From NCBI RefSeq assembly GCF_001457615.1, contig NZ_LN831024.1, forward strand, positions 2,340,001 through 2,372,000: DNA of 32,000 nt, read 5' to 3'. Every line of letters begins with the position of its first letter. The stretch's first letter is position 1. The stretch comes from Pseudomonas aeruginosa (GTDB lineage Bacteria; Pseudomonadota; Gammaproteobacteria; Pseudomonadales; Pseudomonadaceae). A program made the translations under genes and the position numbers. The notes beneath the pieces were generated by a model that worked only from the letters and a program-made list of their open reading frames with translations, was not told the DNA's origin and searched no databases. Positions 27,180 to 32,000 of the stretch are shown piece after piece.

Positions 27180-27959
27180 ATGGAACTGACGATCTTCCAG
27201 GTAGACGCATTCGCCGACAGTCCCTTCCAGGGCAATCCGGCGGCGGTCTGCCCCCTCGATGCCTGGCTGGACGACGAGCGCCTGCAGGCCATCGCGGAAG
27301 AGAACAATCTTTCGGAAACCGCCTTTGTCGTCGGCCGCGACGGCGACTATCGATTGCGCTGGTTCACGCCGCAGGTCGAGGTGGACCTGTGCGGTCATGC
27401 GACCCTGGCGGCGGCCTGGGTACTGATCCACAAGCTCGACGACGCTTCCCCGGTACTGCGTTTCGCCACCCGCAGCGGTGAGCTGAGCGTGCGGCGCGAG
27501 GGCGACTCGCTGGCGATGGACTTCCCGGCCAAGCGTCCGGAGCCTTGCGCGACACCGGACGGACTGCTGGAGGCGCTGGGTATTGCCGAGGCGGAAGTGC
27601 TGAAGACCGACGATTACCTCGTGGTGGTCGACGACGAAAAGATGATCGCCGCCCTGGCGCCTGACTTCGCCCGGCTGAAGGGCTTGCCGTGCCGCGGGGT
27701 GGCGGTGACCGCGCGCAGCCAGCGCTTCGATTTCGTCTCGCGCTGGTTCGGGCCCAACGTCGGCGTCAACGAAGACCCGGTGACCGGTTCCGCGCATACC
27801 TCCCTGGCGCCGTACTGGGCGCAGCGCCTGGGCAAGACCCGGCTGAGCGCCGAGCAGGGCGGGGCGCGCAAGGGGCGCCTGGAATGCGACGTGCGCGGCG
27901 AGCGGGTGGTCATCTCCGGCAAGGCGGCGTTGTACATGAGCGGTACGCTCCATCTCTGA
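27180..27959 (+). CDS. PhzF-family isomerase/epimerase-like protein
   Basis: 259 aa: VDAFADSPFQGNPAAVCPLD, EENNLSETAFV, RWFTPQVEVDLCGHATLAAAWVL, EDPVTGSAHTSLAPYWAQRLGK. Confidence 0.95.
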   Translation: MELTIFQVDAFADSPFQGNPAAVCPLDAWLDDERLQAIAEENNLSETAFVVGRDGDYRLRWFTPQVEVDLCGHATLAAAWVLIHKLDDASPVLRFATRSGELSVRREGDSLAMDFPAKRPEPCATPDGLLEALGIAEAEVLKTDDYLVVVDDEKMIAALAPDFARLKGLPCRGVAVTARSQRFDFVSRWFGPNVGVNEDPVTGSAHTSLAPYWAQRLGKTRLSAEQGGARKGRLECDVRGERVVISGKAALYMSGTLHL

Positions 27960-27980
27960 TCCCGAAGCAGGAGTACGACG

Positions 27981-28391
27981 ATGCCGGCACCGCAGGTAGG
28001 CGTGGGTGTCCTGATCTTGCGGGACGGCAAGGTGTTGCTGGGGCGCCGCAAGGGCAGTCATGGCGCTGGCTGCTGGTCGGCGCCCGGCGGCCATCTCGAG
28101 TTCGGCGAGGCGGTGGAGGACTGCGCCCTGCGCGAAGCCCTGGAAGAGACCGGCCTGGCGCTGAGCGAACTGCGCCACGGCCCGTTCAGCAATGACGTCT
28201 TCGAGGGGCGCCACTACCTCACCGCGTTCATCCTGGCCGGTTGCGCGGAGGATGCCGAGGCGCGCCTCATGGAGCCGGACAAGTGCGACGGCTGGGCCTG
28301 GTTCGATTGGGCCGATCTGCCGGAGCCGCTGTTCGCGCCCCTGGCGAGCCTGCGCCGGCGGGGCTATTCGCCCTTCGACCCGAAGCGCTGA
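27981..28391 (+). CDS. Nudix hydrolase
   Basis: 136 aa with Nudix box GGHLEFGEAVEDCALREALEETGL. Confidence 0.93.
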   Translation: MPAPQVGVGVLILRDGKVLLGRRKGSHGAGCWSAPGGHLEFGEAVEDCALREALEETGLALSELRHGPFSNDVFEGRHYLTAFILAGCAEDAEARLMEPDKCDGWAWFDWADLPEPLFAPLASLRRRGYSPFDPKR

Positions 28392-28400
28392 GCGACAGGC

Positions 28401-28435
28401 AAAAAAAATCCCGACCGCGGGGGAGCTGGTCGGGA
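28401..28435 (-). terminator. Minus-strand intrinsic terminator-like hairpin
   Basis: Minus strand TCCCGACC-AGCTCCCCCGC-GGTCGGGA-TTTTTTTT. Confidence 0.85.
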
Positions 28436-28541
28436 AATACCCTTGGGGTTCGCACACACCGTGAGCATAGGCCAGTCCGCAACGGCATCAAGAGGAGCCT
28501 GTTCGAACTGCTAGGCCCCTTTGGGGGCCGTTCCACTGTCG

Positions 28542-29024
28542 TCACCTCCGCTCGACGGCGAGCGAAGGGGTTGCCCGCTTGCGTTGCGGTATCCAGAACA
28601 GCATCAGCGGCAGCAGCGAGGCCCAGCCCAGCAGGACATCGCCGGCCAGGTGGATGTGTTCGCCGGGCATCAACAGTCCCTGCAGGAACATCAGGCCGAA
28701 GTGCGCGGCATTGGCTGCCACGGTGAAGTCGATGAACAGCCGGTGGCGGAAGGGCTGGCTGGCGGCGCGCCAGAGGAATGCGCCCCAGACCAGGTAGATC
28801 GTCGAGATCATCAGCTCATAGTGCTGTCCGCCGCCTTGCTGGTCGCCCCAGCGAACCAGGCGGAGCAGCAGGCGCCCGGCGTCGGAGTCGAGCAGCGACT
28901 GGTCGAGCCGCAGGAGCAGCGTGGCCAGGGCCAGGCCGAAGAACAGCAGGAAGCCGCCGGCCATCAGGCGAATGCTCAGGGTCAGCCAAGGCGTGGCGGA
29001 AACCGGGGAAGGGGAGGCAGTCAT
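28542..29024 (-). CDS. Four-helix-type membrane protein, unknown function
   Basis: MTASPSPVSATPWLTLSIRLMAGGFLLFFGLALATLLLRLDQSLL...HIHLAGDVLLGWASLLPLMLFWIPQRK; the ORF can start at 29033, overlapping the upstream gene's stop. Confidence 0.78.
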   Translation of the reverse strand: MTASPSPVSATPWLTLSIRLMAGGFLLFFGLALATLLLRLDQSLLDSDAGRLLLRLVRWGDQQGGGQHYELMISTIYLVWGAFLWRAASQPFRHRLFIDFTVAANAAHFGLMFLQGLLMPGEHIHLAGDVLLGWASLLPLMLFWIPQRKRATPSLAVERR

Positions 29025-29029
29025 GCAGA

Positions 29030-29998
29030 TCACCTGTAGGCCATGTCGATGGCGTTGCCTTCGGTCAGGTCGTCAAAATCCGCACGGCGGAAAGGGCGCT
29101 CTTCCCGGGTGATGGTGCGCACCCGTTCGATGTATTCGCGCATGGCGCGGCGGGTATTGCCCTGGGAGGCGGCGGAGAGGAAGCCGGCCTTTTCGCTGGC
29201 CATGCCCTCCGTCCAGTCGCGGGAAGCCGCCTGGTAGATCGAACGCTTGATCAGGCGCACCGCTTGCGGTGAGCGCCGGGACAGGCGTTGCGCCAGCGCG
29301 TCGGCGGCTTCCAGTAGCTCCTCCGCTGGCGCCAGCCCTTTGACCAGGCCCAGCGCAAGGGCCTGGCGCGGCTCCAGCAGTTGCCCTTCCAGGCACAGCT
29401 CCAGGGCCCTGGCTACGCCCAGGCTGCGCGCCAGCATCTGGGTGCCGCCGCCTCCCGGTATCAGGCCGATGAGTACTTCCGGCTGGCCGAGGAAGCGTTC
29501 CACCTGGTCGTCCTCGGCCATCAGGCGCAGGTCGCAGGCCAGCGCCAGCTCGCAGCCGCCACCCAGGGCCAGGCCGTTGATCGCGGCGATGAACACCTTG
29601 TCCATGCGGCGCATGTGCGCGGTGACCTCATGGAACAGGTTCATGTCGGCGACGCCTGCCAGCAGGGTGCGCCGCAGCAGCTTCCTCGCCCCAGGCAAGT
29701 GGCGCAGGAGGCTTTCGCTTTCCAGCAGCAGGCGTGTCAGCCAGGCCGGCATGGAAAAGGTGATGGGGGCGACGGCGCGCTCGATCTCGTCGACGTCGAA
29801 GTGGGTCAGGAAGACCCCGTCCGCCGCTCCGGAAAGGATGACGGCGCCGATGTCCTGGCGTTGCTCAAGGTCTTCCAGCAGGTCGGCCAGCTCCTGCATC
29901 ACCGCCGTGGTGAGGAAGTTCGCCGGGGGATTGTCGAGCAGGACTTGCAGGACGCGTCCTCGTTGTTCTATGCGCAGGTGTCGCGGTGCTAGAGTCAT
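29030..29998 (-). CDS. Enoyl-CoA hydratase/isomerase family protein
   Basis: 322 aa: FLTHFDVDEIE, VFIAAINGLALGGGCELALACDLRLMAEDD, LIPGGGGTQMLARSLGVARALELCLEG crotonase motifs. Confidence 0.92.
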   Translation of the reverse strand: MTLAPRHLRIEQRGRVLQVLLDNPPANFLTTAVMQELADLLEDLEQRQDIGAVILSGAADGVFLTHFDVDEIERAVAPITFSMPAWLTRLLLESESLLRHLPGARKLLRRTLLAGVADMNLFHEVTAHMRRMDKVFIAAINGLALGGGCELALACDLRLMAEDDQVERFLGQPEVLIGLIPGGGGTQMLARSLGVARALELCLEGQLLEPRQALALGLVKGLAPAEELLEAADALAQRLSRRSPQAVRLIKRSIYQAASRDWTEGMASEKAGFLSAASQGNTRRAMREYIERVRTITREERPFRRADFDDLTEGNAIDMAYR

Positions 29999-30085
29999 TG
30001 CGGCTTCCTCATTGGATAACGAGCGTTATATAAAGATCATTATCCAATGTGACGACATCGTCTCCCCAACCAACGGATAGTCGGC

Positions 30086-30667
30086 ATGCGCTACAAACCG
30101 GAACAGAAACAGGCCACCCGCGCCCTGCTGTTGAGCAAGGCCGCTCCGCTGGTGAAGCGCCAGGGCTTCGCCAGCACCGGCCTGGACACCTTGATGAAGG
30201 CGGCTGGTCTTACCACCGGGGCGTTCTACTCGCAATTCTCCAGCAAGGCGGAGTTGCTCGAAGCGATCCTGCAGCGCGAGCTGAGCGCCCAGCACGATGC
30301 CTTTCCGCTGGACAGCCTGGAGCAACTGGCCGGCGCCACCCGTCTCTACCTCAGTCGCGGTCATGCGCAGCATGCCGACATGGGCTGCCCGATTCCGGCG
30401 CTGGCCGCCGAGGTGGGCCGGGCAGGGCCCGAGGTGCGGGAAACCTTCGAACGCGCCCTGGAACAGCGGCAACGGCGGCTGGCCGAACTGATGGGCGACG
30501 AGAACCGGGCCTGGGTGCTCACCTGCCTGTCGGTCGGCGCGGTGCTTCTCGCGCGTGCCCAGGCGAGCGAGGTGGCGCGCGACAAGGTCCTGGATGCGGC
30601 GCTGGAGCATGCGCTGGGCCTGCTTTCGGCGAGCGGAGCGGTTTCGCCGCAAGCGGACCGGGACTGA
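30086..30667 (+). CDS. TetR-family transcriptional regulator
   Basis: 193 aa: ATRALLLSKAAPLVKRQGFASTGLDTLMKAAGLTTGAFYSQFSSKAELLEAILQREL N-terminal HTH; divergent from the enoyl-CoA hydratase gene. Confidence 0.92.
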   Translation: MRYKPEQKQATRALLLSKAAPLVKRQGFASTGLDTLMKAAGLTTGAFYSQFSSKAELLEAILQRELSAQHDAFPLDSLEQLAGATRLYLSRGHAQHADMGCPIPALAAEVGRAGPEVRETFERALEQRQRRLAELMGDENRAWVLTCLSVGAVLLARAQASEVARDKVLDAALEHALGLLSASGAVSPQADRD

Positions 30668-30725
30668 TTGCACAACTGCAATGTTCGGCGTCTAGCGTCA
30701 GGCTTTCCCTCCGACAGGTAAGCCC

Positions 30726-30821
30726 ATGAACGCCCATCATCTCGAACTCGCCAAGGCCCTGCTGGTGTTTGCCCTTGCCGTCGCCGGCCTGGTGGTCGGT
30801 CTCATGCCGATGGAGTTCTGA
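30726..30821 (+). CDS. Possible 31-aa single-pass membrane peptide
   Basis: MNAHHLELAKALLVFALAVAGLVVGLMPMEF, ATG preceded by ACAGGTAAGCCC, 58 bp after the tetR stop. Confidence 0.5.
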   Translation: MNAHHLELAKALLVFALAVAGLVVGLMPMEF

Positions 30822-31026
30822 GCGACGCAGGTCCGGCTTCGCGCTTTTCCCTCGTCTTCGAGTGGTCTCTGGCGTTGCACCGGTTTAGGATGCGCGGGTA
30901 TTTCGGAGCCGCTTCGCTTGGCGTCGCCCGCCGCTGCGCTCCGAAACCGAGCATTGCTCGAACCAGAACGAGATCGAAGGTGCATCGCCACGAGCGGCGC
31001 ACGGCCTGATGATAGATGGAGGCAAC

Positions 31027-31908
31027 ATGAGCGCGGCTCAGCCAGGCATTCTCACCCCGATTCCGGTGGTGGGTCGCTACCTGTTTTTCAGCATTTCCCA
31101 ACCCGAGCAGGTGGCCGCGACCTTGGCCAGCCTGGCCGCGGCCACCGATGGTTACCAGCTGGTGGTGGGTATCGGCCATTCGCTGATGCTCAGCCTCGGC
31201 AAGACCGTCGAGGGCATGAAGGACTATCCGGTGCTCGCCGCGCCCGGCATCGACCTGCCGTCCACGCCCTCCGCGCTGTGGTGCTGGCTGCGCGGCGAGG
31301 ATCGCGGCGAGGTGACGCTGCGCTCGCACGCGCTGGAACGGTCGCTGGCGCCGGCCTTCCAGCGGACCGGCGCGGTGGATGCGTTCCTCTACGGCGAGGA
31401 CCGCGACCTGTCCGGCTACAAGGACGGCACCGAGAACCCCAAGGGCGATGCGGCGCTCGAAGCCGCGCTGGTCTCCGGGCGCGGTGCGGGCCTGGATGGC
31501 GGCAGTTTCGTTGCTGTCCAGCAGTGGCTGCATGACTTCGACCGGATGCAGGCGATCCCCGGCGAGGAGATGGACAACATCATCGGCCGCCGCAAGTCCG
31601 ACGACGAAGAACTGGAAGACGCGCCGGCCTACGCCCACGTTAAGCGCACCGAGCAGGAAAGCTTCGAGCCCGCCGCGTTCCTCCTGCGGCGCGGCGCGCC
31701 CTGGTCCGACGAGCACCGCGCGGGGCTGTTGTTCGCCGCCTTCGGCCGCTCGTTCGAGGCCTTCGAGGTCCAGTGGCTACGGATGATCGGCGTGGAAGAC
31801 GGGGTGCTCGATGGCCTGTTCCGTTTCACCCGGCCGATCAGCGGCAGCTACTTCTGGTGTCCGCCCATGGCCGACGGCCGCCTCGACCTGTCCGCCCTCG
31901 GCCTCTGA
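31027..31908 (+). CDS. Dyp-type (YfeX-like) heme peroxidase
   Basis: MSAAQPGILTPIPVVGRYLFFSI...; YGEDRDLSGYKDGTENPKGD GxxDG motif; HVKRTEQESFEPAAFLLRRGAPW; GLLFAAFGRSFEAFEVQWLRMIG. Confidence 0.92.
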   Translation: MSAAQPGILTPIPVVGRYLFFSISQPEQVAATLASLAAATDGYQLVVGIGHSLMLSLGKTVEGMKDYPVLAAPGIDLPSTPSALWCWLRGEDRGEVTLRSHALERSLAPAFQRTGAVDAFLYGEDRDLSGYKDGTENPKGDAALEAALVSGRGAGLDGGSFVAVQQWLHDFDRMQAIPGEEMDNIIGRRKSDDEELEDAPAYAHVKRTEQESFEPAAFLLRRGAPWSDEHRAGLLFAAFGRSFEAFEVQWLRMIGVEDGVLDGLFRFTRPISGSYFWCPPMADGRLDLSALGL

Positions 31909-31955
31909 GCCCGCCGCGGCAGCAGGCCAGGCCTGCTGCCGCGTCCTGCGCGGCG

Positions 31956-32000
31956 CTAGTGGGCGGTGGCCACGGCGGCCTCGTCGATCAGCGCCGCTAC
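31956..32000 (-). CDS. C-terminal end of a gene running off the window
   Basis: Open minus frame VAALIDEAAVATAH followed by TAG; too short to identify. Confidence 0.3.
   Translation of the reverse strand, partial: VAALIDEAAVATAH

Noticed and set aside
27084-28457. 457-aa minus-strand ORF spanning the PhzF and Nudix genes
   Set aside because: It covers two well-supported plus-strand genes, and its translation lacks any family motif.
28519-28537. GGCCCC-TTT-GGGGGCC hairpin upstream of the 28401 element
   Set aside because: Strong stem but no U-tract on either strand; not enough to call a terminator or RNA element.
30802-31716. 304-aa minus-strand ORF opposite the Dyp peroxidase
   Set aside because: GC-driven shadow ORF; the opposite strand has conserved peroxidase motifs.

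Overview
This window reads as a Pseudomonas aeruginosa-type chromosomal segment with high GC and dense genes. From recall of gene content, not a search, it matches the PAO1 PA2797-PA2765 neighbourhood. In order it holds: a STAS-domain C-terminus, tal, dusA, an apparently strain-variable lower-GC cassette (isochorismatase-fold hydrolase, MFS transporter and divergent GntR/FCD regulator with a palindromic operator), several lipoproteins or secreted proteins of unknown function, the PilJ-domain nitrate chemoreceptor McpN, an M20 carboxypeptidase (cpg2-like), a GAF protein, a small XRE regulator with a DUF2975-like membrane protein behind an AT-rich operator, the metalloprotease Mep72 and its partner BamI, BswR, the PA2779/PA2778/PA2777 group, PauB3, tRNA-Val(GAC), the T6SS immunity/effector pair Tsi4/Tse4, diguanylate cyclase Dcsbis, PhzF-like and Nudix proteins, an enoyl-CoA hydratase, a TetR regulator, and a Dyp-type peroxidase. 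The best candidate for an undescribed system is the overlapping pair at 18809-20169. It encodes a secreted protein with a glycine-glycine motif just before a C-terminal hydrophobic segment, and a C39-like cysteine peptidase lipoprotein with repeat-like C-terminus. The second best is a pair of near-identical minus-strand hairpin/poly-U elements (26618-26651 and 28401-28435) with a compensatory base-pair change, each preceded by a plausible promoter. No CRISPR array, intact IS element or rRNA was seen.
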